Below are positions 23,892-36,892 of a stretch of 64,000 nucleotides of DNA, piece by piece. The notes beneath the pieces are model-generated. The model was not told the DNA's origin. It saw only the letters and a list, made by a program, of their open reading frames with translations, and did not search any database. The stretch covers positions 1-64,000 of the forward strand of contig NW_003314287.1 in the NCBI RefSeq assembly GCF_000143415.4, written 5' to 3'. Position numbers and translations under genes: made by a program. This DNA comes from Selaginella moellendorffii (lineage: Eukaryota; Plantae; Lycopodiophyta). Positions within the stretch are counted from its first letter, which is position 1. Every line of letters begins with the position of its first letter.

Positions 23892-24569
23892 AATTTTGGT
23901 ATAAGTATTCATAATTACATATTTAAATGAATCTTTTAAATACGAAAATATATCCAACATATTTGTCTTTTACAAAAAATTTATTCTCTTTTAGATATTC
24001 TAATAACAATTAACTATAATTTTAATATTCTAATTATCTTAATTTTTTTGTCTTTTGATAAGAAATAAAAATTAAAAAATTAAAAAGAAGATTCATAGTG
24101 GCTAGAGTATATCTAGAATTTTTTCCTTTTGAAAAATGTTTCATAATTACAATACAATGTGTTAAAATGTAATTCTAAAATCTTTATTAATGATTCAATC
24201 CCTTTATGTTTTTGAAGTAAATGAATATTTTAGGAAATAAAAATGAGAAATTAATAATGATTTTAATTACATGTTCATATAGAAGTATTGCTCTTGAAAA
24301 TGAATTTTAAAAACAAATTGTCCTTTAAACCTCTCACCTCATAAGAGTAATTGTAAAGGGATTTAGTTTTACTTATTTTTGACTGACCTAGGGGGCTGGG
24401 ATCAGCAGTAATCTCTGCTGCTCAGCCGCACACTTGATATTTTGGGCACTTCCTTTCAGCAATCAATTTGACAGGTTATAGAGAAAAAGTGTAAAGTAGT
24501 AATAGTAAAGGTATAAGAGGGATGATTTTGTATATACATATTTTATTGTATGCCTCAACTTTGAATATG

Positions 24570-24900
24570 TCATTTTTTGCTAAAAAACTTTCCTGTCATA
24601 ATAGCAACTATGCATTTAATAATTCCCAATGCTTTGCAATTTTACTACTTCCATTCATTAATAAGAGATGTATTAGAAGTTAGTTTGAGTAATGTGTCAA
24701 CTACACTCTATGTGTTCTTCTCTATAAGATATAGTTGCATTATAACTTGCCACTATGGCATGAGAATTACTTCAGTAGGAGAATAAGCTATGATTGAATC
24801 TAAACCTCTGATACCATGAAGAAAAAGAGAAAGAATGGTGTAAAAAAACCTTAATCTCAACAAGATATAGATTTGGTAAGAAAAACCTGTTTTAAATACT
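24570..24900 (-). mobile_element. Degenerate Ty1/Copia remnant (LTR end, PBS, gag start)
   Basis: Minus strand CA-TGGTATCAGAG at about 24806-24818, followed by decayed gag-like WQVIMQLYL...KALGII. Confidence 0.55.
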
Positions 24901-25009
24901 ATAGCTAATTGCTAGCTACTGCATGAGCTAACTCTGAGTATGAACTGAAGGTAACTGGAGGTGGTGGACTCCACTATGCTCCAACACCTCTTGCAACCAG
25001 ATCCTCAGC

Positions 25010-25320
25010 AGCGGTACTCAAGCAATCAGTGGATCTCATTGAGCAAGGTAGGCTCTCTCCATTGCCAGCGCCTCCTCTAGTGCTTGTGCTACTCCAGCAA
25101 TGCATCGATCTGCCCGGCGCTCTTGGAAATTTACCTCAGGTTCCAGGAGATTGAGAGAAGCAAGGTGTTTGCTCGACAAGATGACTGCCGGTGTGGTCCT
25201 CTATCCTCAGTGTTTACTCGAAGCGTGCATTTCCATGCTGCTCTAGAGATCTTTCAGCACATGAAACAAGAGGGCTAAGGCTAAGTGATCAACTGCGTGA
25301 CTTTGGTCACCATTCGCAGG
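25010..25320 (+). pseudogene. PPR gene fragment
   Basis: PPR-like ALEIFQHMKQEG..INCVTLV with stops. Confidence 0.55.
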
Positions 25321-25544
25321 CAGTTTAAATTGCTAAATGCCGATTCTCCTTGAAAGCAAGACAGTTTTAAGAGCCAGTCAGTTTTCTTTTTCCAACCTTT
25401 CTCTGGACAGCGTTTAAGCTTATTTTCTACTGTTTTGTCCCAGGACTACCTTACGGACGACTTACAAATGTCTGTGAATACAAAGATCATAGAGTTTGAA
25501 AGGTGTAAATGCTTTCCTATTTTATTCGTTCTAATTTTGTTGCT

Positions 25545-26009
25545 TTACTGGAGGTAGAGGCTGCAAATGACGAAGTTCCCATGCTCGTTGCTTATGTACG
25601 AATTGAGGTCGATGCTTGTTCTATGCTGGCCAGTCGGCTTACCATCTGCGCCTCCCGTGGCACAGGTAGCCTCCAGATTCGAATCAACAAGAGTGATGTT
25701 GTTGCAAGACGCTCGAAAACCACCTTCTCTACCGTAAGCCAGGCTTCCATGGAGATTTGTGAGCGTGTTATCGAGCAGTGTCCGTGCTGGGGACTCTCCA
25801 GAGCAGTCGGCTTCCAGAATGTCGGTATCAAGAGAGTATTTGGGATCCTTGCAGCTGTAGAAGAAGCCACTGCAGCACAACTAATTGAATGGCAAACAAA
25901 GAACCATCACAAAGGTATTTCTTCAAACTTTTGAAATAAGTACTTCTTTACTTACGCTTTGGTGAACTTGTGAAAGGAGGAGGAGCAGTAGCATTGCTTT
26001 GAACGCCAT
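25545..26009 (-). CDS. Secreted CVNH (cyanovirin-N-like) lectin; exons 26009-25956 and 25880-25545
   Basis: Signal peptide MAFKAMLLLLLL, 75-nt phase-0 GT-AG intron, two CVN repeats (FFYSCKD..LEADC..LDNTLTNLHGSL; FRASCNN..LEATC..SIDLNSYISNEHGN). Confidence 0.87.
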
Positions 26010-26212
26010 TTGATGCCAAGACATGGTAAAAAACAAGCATCCAAGTTCAAAAACTACAATGTTGTGGAAGGAATATGATTTACAGCTATAGAAATGTTGG
26101 AAGTAGTCTTTTCTAAACATTTGTTTTCTTCGATAATCATATCTAATACATAGTCGAAAAGCTGCAATGACGCTTAATAAAAGGTGGCTTTAGAACTTCA
26201 TATCTTACTAAA

Positions 26213-26602
26213 ATGACAAAAGCTTTGGTTCTTTTAGCATCTTGGGCAATGTTTTCAATCCTACTAGTGGTTGCAAATAAAGCTATAGTCACTAATTATT
26301 CTGGGGGTGACATAGATCTTCACTATCAGTCAGGTAACAAGAATTATAATAAAGTAACCCTCAAGGATAAAGAGCAATTTACATGGTCTCTTAATGATAA
26401 TGTGGTATGTAGCACATTATTTTGGTGTGATGCCTTTCATAATGGAAAGAAAGCAACATGGGTGTCATATAATTGTGATAAGAGAAGCACACAGATTGCA
26501 TATTCTGAAATACATGATTATGGAGTAATATTTTGGCATGTTACTTCTGACCAGGCAAATCCAATCAAGCAATATGGGCTAAAAATGGCATATTGGATGT
26601 AA
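26213..26602 (+). CDS. Secreted S-protein homolog (plant self-incompatibility S1/SPH family)
   Basis: Signal peptide; pattern IVTNY...IDLHYQSG...VTL...FTWSL...TLFWC resembles the SPH family; intronless, 129 aa. Confidence 0.75.
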   Translation: MTKALVLLASWAMFSILLVVANKAIVTNYSGGDIDLHYQSGNKNYNKVTLKDKEQFTWSLNDNVVCSTLFWCDAFHNGKKATWVSYNCDKRSTQIAYSEIHDYGVIFWHVTSDQANPIKQYGLKMAYWM

Positions 26603-27949
26603 ATTTAAAAAATAAAATAAATAAATAATTTATTTTTTATTTAAGTTTTTAAAAGAATAAGGCAATTTTTACTAATTTGTTAAGTCTTAATTTTATTGAA
26701 AAGTTCCAATGTCATGAAAATGTAAAATATTCATATTCTCACTTACTTTTATTTTTATTTTTTAATATTCACTAGTTATAGCAATGAATATGTGATTGCA
26801 CATGGGTTCATCTTTTAATTGCACATATGCAGATATATTTTTTTATTTTTAATTGCACACATAAATATTATGCACACAATTTGCTATAATAAAAATTAAA
26901 ATATGATTGTAATATTTGAATAGGGCAGGCTATGTTCATCCATCATCTACTCTTTTTTGAGTGATTCAATTCAACTCATAATTTATGTGTAAAGCATGGC
27001 AAATAAGCATGATTCGGTGATGCCACTTTAATCTTCATTACGATGCTCTTGAAAGTGACAAGTATTTCCCCAAACTTTCCAAGACACATAGTAGAGAATC
27101 TTTATTTACAACTATGATACTCTGCTATCTAAGTTTATACTGTATTGGTTGCTTGATTGTATCAAGCATATTGCCTAGCAGTAGGATCATATGCTCCAGC
27201 TCATCCAGTGCACCATACAACACCACAATCTCTATCAATCCACTAATAATCTTTTTCAACAGTGCTGCTATGGGATTCTACTCCCCTAGATCAAACCCTT
27301 GTTTTTAATGAAGAGCTTGAGTGCCAACTCCTGTAGATCAAACCCTTATTTTTGGTGAAAATCTTGAATGCCATAGGAACATTAGGAGCCCTAACTGAGT
27401 GCTCTAGTGCAATTATGGCATAACCAATAGCCAGCATATGGAGGCTTATGGCCAATACTCTTTGGGCATGATTCTAATCAGGTGGATAGATCAATCAATA
27501 AATTTTCTTGCTAACTTTAAAGGATGGAGAAGTTGATATGGCAAATAAACTGATGTGGATTAAAATTTCAATATATATATACTTTGAAACAAAGCATCCA
27601 AATGATTATTTTGTGAGTCACATATATATGTATGTGATTTAAATTGATATTTTTATTGTTTGCCACCCTAAACCTATATTGCTTACCTAACTCTATGAGA
27701 TGGGATATAGAAATATGCATATCCATTATCTTAGCTTATATACAACAGTAAGTGGTCCAGATTGAAACCAATCTCATAGCTATCAAAATCCCATTACGCT
27801 AATCTTAGTGTACATTTGTTAATATTAGTGTACACTTGAACCTCATATCATCCTCTCCTCTCAAAAGAATGGAAGGCAATCAAAGTTTTTTGATTGATGG
27901 GCCGGGATCTAGAAGAGCATTAGGGGGAGGCACTGGTGGATCTATAAGT

Positions 27950-28600
27950 GGTATCAATTGTTCTTGATCCCTTTGTACAAAGCATTTCAAATATTGCATA
28001 TGCACAATTTTTGGAAGATCAATTTGTTGAATTTCACACTAAACCTCATAAACTTATGGTCTAACTTGTTGCAACACCTGATATGGTCCCTTTTATTGAG
28101 CAAGGAGCCCTTTAAACAAATTACGTACCATGAGATTGGGAAAACAAACTAATACTAAGTCATCCACTTTGTACTTTGCATATGGATAATGATAAGAGTT
28201 TTAGTGCTATTATTGTTCCACTTGTATGCAACCCAAGTGTCCAACAGACTCTACTTAAAAAAGTGGAAGAATGCTTATTAAATACTGATCCCTAGACCTT
28301 GCATTAGTAGCTTGTACCAATTGCAAAGGTAAACTCAACTCTATTGATAATATCAGATCATGATCATATAGAATTTTATATGATAAAGCATCAATAAAAC
28401 TCTATACCTCTATGACATATACATACTGAAGAAACGGCAAATAATCATCTCAATCTGAATGTTGAAACTTTATATACTTCGCAATCATCCTTTTAAAAGT
28501 CCAAACAAGTGTTCACCAAACTATATATTTGTGGATGATAAGCACTTGTGAAAGTGTGGCATATCCCTAACCAAGATGTTAAAATGTAAAATGTCTCAAC
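27950..28600 (-). mobile_element. Highly degenerate Gypsy integrase remnant
   Basis: Minus-strand motifs LGICHTFTSAYHPQ, KVDDLVLV and KGPYQVL. Confidence 0.6.
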
Positions 28601-28618
28601 TATAAATGTGGGACTCTT

Positions 28619-29285
28619 TGTAGCACATGTGGTTTTTACCTTTTATCCTATAGTGATTTACCATAAGATAACACTATGAAGTGGAACCTAAACCCTCCAT
28701 ATGCCACATGTCACATGCCACATATCCAAAGGACAATGGAGTGGAACCCAAAATTTAGGGCCTTGGGCCACTGTAGCGCATGTGATTATGAGATAAGATT
28801 TGGATATACTATCACCGTGGATTTTTTGAACCTTGGGGGATAAATGGGGATAAAATAGTCACTAAGGCCTTTCTCATCAAGCAATTACCCCTTTTTCAGT
28901 TGGTTTAAGAGGAGAGAGATAAAGTGCACTATAAGGAGCAATAGCATTAGATCACAGAACGACTCTAGAATGTATAGCCCAAGGAGGGAAGGGATAAGAG
29001 CACAAAGTGATTTGGAACAGTCCTACAGCATTTAGCATCCCAATGCCAGGACCAGTATGCAAAACAGAGCTAAATAAAGTTTAACGCCATTTTAGCATAC
29101 TAGTGGCCTAACGCAAGGATATAGGTACTCCACTAGCAAGCATGGTGTGGAACTTGGGCTTAAATCCAAGCCAGATGTAGAACAAGGACAAGCACGTAAG
29201 TGAGAGCTAGACTATGCCTCAGGTCGGTTGGCCATACCCGACATATCCACTATCCCTACTATAGCCCCCTTCCCCCCCGCCCCCT
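28619..29285. mobile_element. Truncated family-D LTR
   Basis: Starts TGTAGCACATGTGGTTTTTACC like 16552 and 34830; similarity ends after the poly-C tract. Confidence 0.8.
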
Positions 29286-30230
29286 AAAACTCTTCAACCT
29301 CGTCTAGTTGTCCTAGGAGATCAATGATGTAGCTATAGTGTGCCGAGCTTGGCTTTATGTAGGGAATGCTAATGTAGCTTCTAGCCTCATATCGCATTGT
29401 TGCATTTCGTAATTTAAGAGCTTTAATCTTCTAGAGATTTAATGCATTTTGGAATGCAAACTACAGAATTTAAAAATATGTTTTTTTTAGTTTTAACCAT
29501 GCTTTCTCCTGATGATCAAGCTTTTATAAATGAAAATGAAAGTAGTAACTTATTGATAATTGAGCCTTTCACTCCCACTTGATGGAGCGATCCATGAAGC
29601 TATTGATGTGACGAAGATGGGGTGATTTTCTTTTATGCACGTAAGAATGTTGCTTACAAACGATGAACTTGTAGCTTCTTGAATTCTTCTTTTATAATTT
29701 AAGTGTATTATTTGAGTGTGAGGTTGAGGAAGGCCGAAAAAGTTTCTGGTTGGTGTCTCAGCATTTATTTTAATAGCTCCATTCAATCCATGTATTTTTT
29801 ATTTTTTATTTTTTGCGTTTTTGTGTATGCCCAAACACAAATGGTTCAGGTAATAAGTTTCCATGACATGAAATAAATTTTAAGCTTGTCTTGTAGAAAT
29901 CTCATATCACTTTATGTTCCATGTGACAGTTTTGATTGCTGTCAGCATGGAGGCTCAATGCTTTGCTTAGCTGGATGCAGCTCCACACGTGATGAAGTAC
30001 GCTCCAAAGCTGTCCTCGGATTTTCAGGACCAGGTCTGGACCTCGCTTTGTAATCTGGTATGTTTGTTTGCAAGCAAAAATCAGGTTTGTATACAAACAA
30101 TAATTTATCGAATGTTACCTCTTTCCGTTGAATCCACAACTATTTTCTTTGGCATTATTTGTGAGTGCTCCATCTCTATAGCGCACTTGAACTTCGAGCT
30201 GAACTCCAAGGCCATTGTGCTATGAAACTA

Positions 30231-33200
30231 GGGTCTGATACGATCCCATAAGCACCAGCTCCTCATATCCAACACTTGCACGCAAAATGGTGTTAGATAG
30301 TGTCTAGCACAATTTTAGTATACTAGTGGCCTAATGCGAGGAGGAGTGTACCCCACCAACTAGAATAGCATGGAGCTTGGGCTTAGACCCGAGCCGGATG
30401 CAGAACAAAGAGCAACACAGCCAAGTGGGAGCCAAACTAATGTCTTAGGTGGTCAGACATGCATTCCAACCACTATCCCTATACATTTGAAACCCCCCAT
30501 ACGTGAGAACACATGCTTTGGGCTTTCATCCCAAGCCTCCCTTAGTACCAGGAGTTAGTCTCTAAGACAATACTAAATATGGAATGTCCTTAGATTGTGA
30601 ATTTGAACACAGGACAAACACCATTGTGTTTAGGACAATCTTTACATTCTGTAAATCTGCTAAATGAGAAAATCTAGATACTTTTTATAATTAGCATTTG
30701 GGACCAAAATGAGACTAACACAAAGGGCATGATAGCAAAGGTGTTTGGCAGACACGGTAAGTTGTCATCCAACGATATTGAGGGCTAATCTCAATACGCG
30801 AGGGTTCTTGGCACTAGCCAGTGCAAGATATAACGAGACAGGAACTCCTTACCGGGCTAAGTATGCTTAGCTAATAGCATGTAGGAATTTCGTCCTTATA
30901 CTTGTTCGGTTTAAGTACACTCGAAATACTCAGTTAACTCTACTAACACAAGAAGGGCTTCCAAAGGGATCCAATTGTACCAACTTCCTGCTGTCATGGC
31001 AGTAAGGAAAGAGTGTCTGTAAGGATTGGCCGACAAGTATCTTTCGATACCCGAAGTCACATTTGCGACACTCTCCCCCCCTTAAGGAAGATTGACATCC
31101 TTGTTGATGCATACCCGAGTCTAGCAAATCGTCAAGAAAACAACTCTGAAAGTTAATGGAAAGCACACTATATGGGAAACACACTAACTTAAATGAGTTA
31201 TCGAATAACATCTCTCTACATCTAAAGACGTTAAGACTCAGACACCCTCCGGCCGTCACCGACAAGGAAATGACTAATGGAGTTAGCCACCTTTATTGCT
31301 CCAAGTACCACTCAGTTTACAAAGGAATGATACATCCTTACCCACAAGGACATAGGGAGAAGGCTAAAGGCCCAACTTCCCCTGAGCAAGAAATCAACCT
31401 TGTTAGAAAGATTTAGACAACTATTATAAACTGGTAAATTAAGTTGTTTACACAAGCACACCCCTTTCAAAAATGATTCATCGAGAGAGAGGCAGGGACT
31501 TGTGATCAGTCTATAATAGCTATCCCCATGGTTATGGATTGGACCCATGTACCGAAGTGCCGAAGTCAACCTGCCAAAATTTACCCAAGGACTAACAACG
31601 AGAGAAATGAAACTTCAATTTATAGAAATATATTACTTTATTGATTTGCAAGATTTATTACAAGATTTACAAAAGCTAGGCTTTATTATTATTCTCATAC
31701 TCTGTGATAGGCTCACAAGCATGTGTAAGATTCCTAAGAGGTTCCCAAGTTGATTCACAAGTTGGGTAACCTTTCCATTTAACTAGATATTCCTTCACAT
31801 GAGCCTGTCTTTGAAACCAGGGATCCAAGATAGTTTCAACTTCGTATTCTAGTTCACCATCCACAACATTTGGTGGCAGATGAATCTCCCCATATCAATC
31901 TTTGCCCATCGCTTTAGTAGCTCTAGACCAACCTTGGCATAGCTGCTCCGCATAAGTCTCAATGGCTGGGACCAACACTTCAGACATTGGTTTCAGTACA
32001 ACAATCTGTTGAGGCACTCCATGAGTATTCCCTTTTAACGTCTCCCATGGAGAACAGCTAATAGTGTTGTGAAATGTGTTGTTATAACAGATTTCTACTG
32101 TATCCAAATGCTCAACCTAGTCGCATTGGTCTGCCGTGACATAGTACCACAAATAATCCTCAACTTGAACATTCACAAGTTTGGTCTGCCTATCAATTTG
32201 AGGATGATAAGCCGTACTAACTTCAACTTGGTACCGAACAACTAAAACAATGTGCCCCAAAACTTACCCATAAATCTTGAATCTCTATCCGAGATCATCT
32301 CTTCAGGAAGACCTTGAACTCACACTACTTTATGGAAAAAGAGTTTTGTTGCTTGTTTCACATTTATTATTCCCACAGTTGAAATGAAATGTGCAATTTT
32401 CGACAACCGATCCACAACCACTATCAAAGTATCATAACCCCTAGACTTTGGCAAGCAAGTGATGAAATCAAGTGTCACACTCTGAAATGGCTATGCCAGT
32501 GCTGGAATGCATTGCAACTTTCCAGCTTGTTTCTCAACTCTATGCTTACATTGTTGGCATATAGAGCAGAAACGGATATAATCTACTATATCACCTTCCA
32601 TACCAGACTAGAAAATCCCTTTTTCAATGAAGCCAGAGTCTTTTACTTTCCACCATGTCCCACTACTAGAACATTATGATGTTCCCGTAGAAACAACTAT
32701 TACAAATCCTTAGAGGGAAGATACAACCTCTCATGCTTATAGAATATAAGCCCATCTCGAATTGAGAAGTGAAGTTGTGCATTGGTACAACTAGCAGCTT
32801 TTGCTACTTCGCTACCAGGATTCTGCTTCGACAACTCTTCATAGTGCAAGATTGCCTTCGCTAATGGATCACTTCCATATGAAGCCCAAACATCATCCAA
32901 TCAGTCTGAACTGATTGTTGATATTGCCTCGAACTGAGCCTGACGACTCAACACATTCGGAACAATATTGTCTTTACCAAGTTTATATATGATTTCAATA
33001 ACGTATCTAGCGAGTTTTTCTTGCCAATGAGCCTTCTTCAGCGTAAGCTTAGGCTACATAGCAAAGTAGCTCAGTGTCTTACTATTCATATAAACCTTGG
33101 TATGTCCACCTAAATAATGTCTCTAGTGTTCCAGTGCCAACACTATAGCAAACATTTATTTCTCGTGCATTGGCCACCTTCATTGGGTTTCATTTAATTT

Positions 33201-36200
33201 CTTGGAATAGAATGCAACAGGACAACCATGTCGCCTTAGCTTAACACCAATTGCTTGTCACAATCTTGCTGTAACATGGCACCAATAGCATAGCCAAATG
33301 CATCACAATGCACTTCGAAGGGTTTATCAAGATTTGGGATCCTAAAAATAGGGACCATAGTCAAGATCTCCTTCAACTATACAAAAGCACATTGACAAGC
33401 TGGTGTTCAATGAAACGGCATACTACTCTTCATTAACTTAGTCAACAGAAGAGCAATTCTTGCAAAATTGCAAACAAACTTGCGATAGTATCCCGCCAAA
33501 CTGAGAAAGGAATGAACATCTGACATAGTGGTCGAGACTTCCCAGGACTTCACCACTTCCACCTTCTTTGGATCCACCTCAATTACGCCACCACCAACTA
33601 TATGTCCGAGAAAGTTTATGTGCAATTGTCCAAAAGCACATTTACTTTCCTTAGCATACAGTTTGTGTTCGTGCAACTTCTTAAACACCAACAATAAGTG
33701 TTTCAAATGATTGTCCAATGTTTCACTAAAGACTAGAACATCGTCGATATATAAGACAATAAATGTGTCTAAATAATCTTTGAATATTCTATCCATCATA
33801 GTGCTGAATGTTGCCGGAGCATTGCATAACCCAAACGGCATGATAAGGAACTCATAGGACCGAGTCTTAAAGGCTGTCTTCTCCATATCCTGATCTGCCA
33901 CCCGTATTTGATGATATCTGAACCGCAAATCAAGTCGCATAAAATACTTAGCCTTTAAGAGTTGGTCAAACAAGTCATCAATGCAAGGCAAAGGATAATT
34001 ATTTTTGACCGTGAGCTTGTTGAGTGCCTGATAGTCAATACACATCCTTATGGTTCCATCCTTCTTTATAACAAAAAATACTAGCTCTCCATAAGGTGAC
34101 TTGTTTGGTCAGATATGACCTTTGTCAAAAAGCTTTGTGAGTTGCTTCTTGAGTTTAGCCATCTCTTTGATGTTCAAATGATATGGAGCTTTTGTAGATG
34201 GTTTAGAGCCCAGAATAACCTCAATCTGATGATCAACTTCACGGCTACGAGGTAGCTCTGGCAGCAAATCCTTCAGGAAGATATCTTGATTTCATGCTAA
34301 CAACTCCAATATCTTTTTTGGTATAGGATCAACCTCGTCACCAATTCAAACCGAGTCACCTACACCCTTAGTTTCCATCACTTGAACCCAAAAGATCCGA
34401 CATCCCTTCTTAGTTGCTTTTTAAGTAGCTCTCACAATCAGGAACTTAGCATCCCAATCCTTTGAGGAGCGCTTTTGCAACTAAAAGGACACATTGGGAC
34501 ATCCTTTTAACTTCAATATGATACGACTTTGTCCAGCACCATAAATCCCTTTAATATATTTGTTGAAGAAATCCATACCAAACATCATCTGAAAATTTGG
34601 TATCTTCAACACTACCAAGTCCACTCTTTCTTTCCACTTGGATATTTTTATTGGAATATCACTCACAAATTTTTTGGCTACTTGCCCACATTCTGTAAAC
34701 CAGAAGTGTATAGGCGACATTTTTTCAGCATTCAATCCTAACAACTTAATTAAGTCTTTGGATATCACATTGTGTGTAGCTCCCGTATCAATCATCACTC
34801 AGATTGGGTATCCGCAGACAAAACTTATCTGTAGCGTATGTGGTTTTTACCCTTTATCCTATAGTGATTTACCATAGGATAACCACAAAGCGGAACCTAA
34901 ACCCTCCATGCGCCATGTGTCATATGCCACGTGTCCAAAGGGCAGTGGTGTGGAACCTGAGTTTCAGGGCCTTAGGCCACTAAATGAAGAAACGGTGCCA
35001 AACTCCCAAGCATGGAGCCAAGGAGCGATAGCACTGAAGCACGGAACTACTTCTGAGCATACAACCCAAGGAGCGAAGAGATAGGAGTATGGAGCAACTT
35101 GGATCATTCCTAGAGCAACTAATATCCCAATGTTAGGACCAGCACGTAAAATAAAGCTAAATGAAGTTTGGTACTATTTCGGCGTACTAGTGGTTTAACG
35201 CAAGGATATGGGTACTCCACCAGCTAACATGGAATGGAACTTGGGTTTAAACCCAAGCCGAGCGCAGAACAAGGACAAGCATGCAAGTGGAGCTAGACTA
35301 TACCTCAGGTTAGTAGGCCCACTATCCCTACTACACATTTGGAACCCCCCACACACCCCTGCCCCCCATGAGGAACACATGCTTTGGGCTTTTACCCCAA
35401 GCCTCCTTTAGTACCAGGAGTTAGTCTCCGGGACAAGCTCAAAACTTACTAAATATGGAATATCCCTATATTGCAAATTTGGATATGGGACGAACACCAT
35501 TGTGTTCAGAACAATCTCTACATTCTGTAAATATGCCAAATGAGAAAATCTAGACACTTTCCATATATAGCATTTAGGACCAGAATGAGACTAATACAAA
35601 GGGCATAATAGCGAGGGTGTTTGGTAGACATGGTAAGCTATCATCTAACGATATTGAGGGACTAGTCTCAATACGCAAGGGTTCTTGTCAAGCCAGTCCA
35701 AGACAAAGCAAAAGAGAACTAACAAGTTAAGCTAAGTATACTTGGCTAAATAGACACTTAGGAATTCCTTCCTTATGCTCGTTCGGCCAAGTATTGATGC
35801 AAAGTCCAATTTACTAACACTTGAACAAGAGGGACTAATAAAGGGAACGAACAATACCGACCTCTTGCCATCATAGTAGTAAAAAAAGAATATCTAAAAG
35901 GACTAGTTAACAGGTAACTTTCGATACCCAAAGTCACATTTGCAACACTACCAGATACATTAACATATCAGTGTTTACATTGATTGCGAGAAAAACTTAA
36001 AGAAAGCAACAAAAGTAACTCACCTCCTCTTCCTCATAGTCTGTATTGACCAACTTGTCAACCCCTTTAACTTCACCACCAAGGGTTCGGTACGATCCCA
36101 CAAGCATCAGCTCCTATATTTAGCACTTGAACGCAAAATAGTGTTATATGGTGTCTGGCATAATTTTGGCATACTGGTGGGGCATAACGCAAGGAGAAGA

Positions 36201-36892
36201 GTACCCCACTGACTAAAGTAACATGAAATTTGGGATTAAACCCAAGCTAGATGTAAAACAAGGAGCAACACAGCCTAGCAGGAGCCAAACCCAAACTAAT
36301 GTCTTATGTGGTCAAACATGTATTCTAACTACTATCCTTACTATACATTTGGAACCCCCCATAGCCCCCTTCCCCCCCTCCCCCCGAGGAACACATGCTT
36401 TGGGCTTTCACCCCAAGCCTCCCTTAATACCAAAAGTTAGTTGAAATTTATTAAATATGGAATGTCTCTAGATTGTGAATTTAAACACGGGATGAACACC
36501 ATTGTGTTCAAGATAATTTTTACATTCTGTAAATATGCTAAATGAGCAAATTTAGACACTTTCCATAATTAGCATGATTAACACAAAGGGCATAATAACA
36601 AAGGTGTTTGGCAGACACAATAAGCTATCATCCAGTGATATTAAGAGATTAGTCTCAATACACAAGCCAGTGCAAAACATATACAAGGCTAAATATGTTT
36701 AACTAATAACACATAAGAATTTTGTCTTTATGCTCATCCAATCTAAATACCCTAGTTAACTCCACTAACACAAAAGGGGCTACCAAAAGGATTTAATTTT
36801 ACCGACTTTCTACCATCATGGTAATAAAGAAAAAGTGTCTATAAAGACTGGCTAACAAATATCTTTCGATACCCAAAGTTATATTCACAACA
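30231..36892 (-). mobile_element. Decayed chromodomain Gypsy element E (D-related partial LTRs about 30231-31070 and 36082-36892; PPT 31071-31081; gag largely deleted)
   Basis: Chromodomain 31676-31864, integrase, RT with YIDD (33407-34045), protease MIDTGA (34481-34798); many stops. Confidence 0.85.
34830..35947. mobile_element. Family-D solo LTR inserted in the protease region of E
   Basis: TG...CA termini; protease-like sequence on both sides; degenerate TSD TTATC/CTACC. Confidence 0.75.

Noticed and set aside
25509-25934. 141-aa plus-strand ORF (also 22453-22770)
   Set aside because: Antisense shadow of the CVNH exon.
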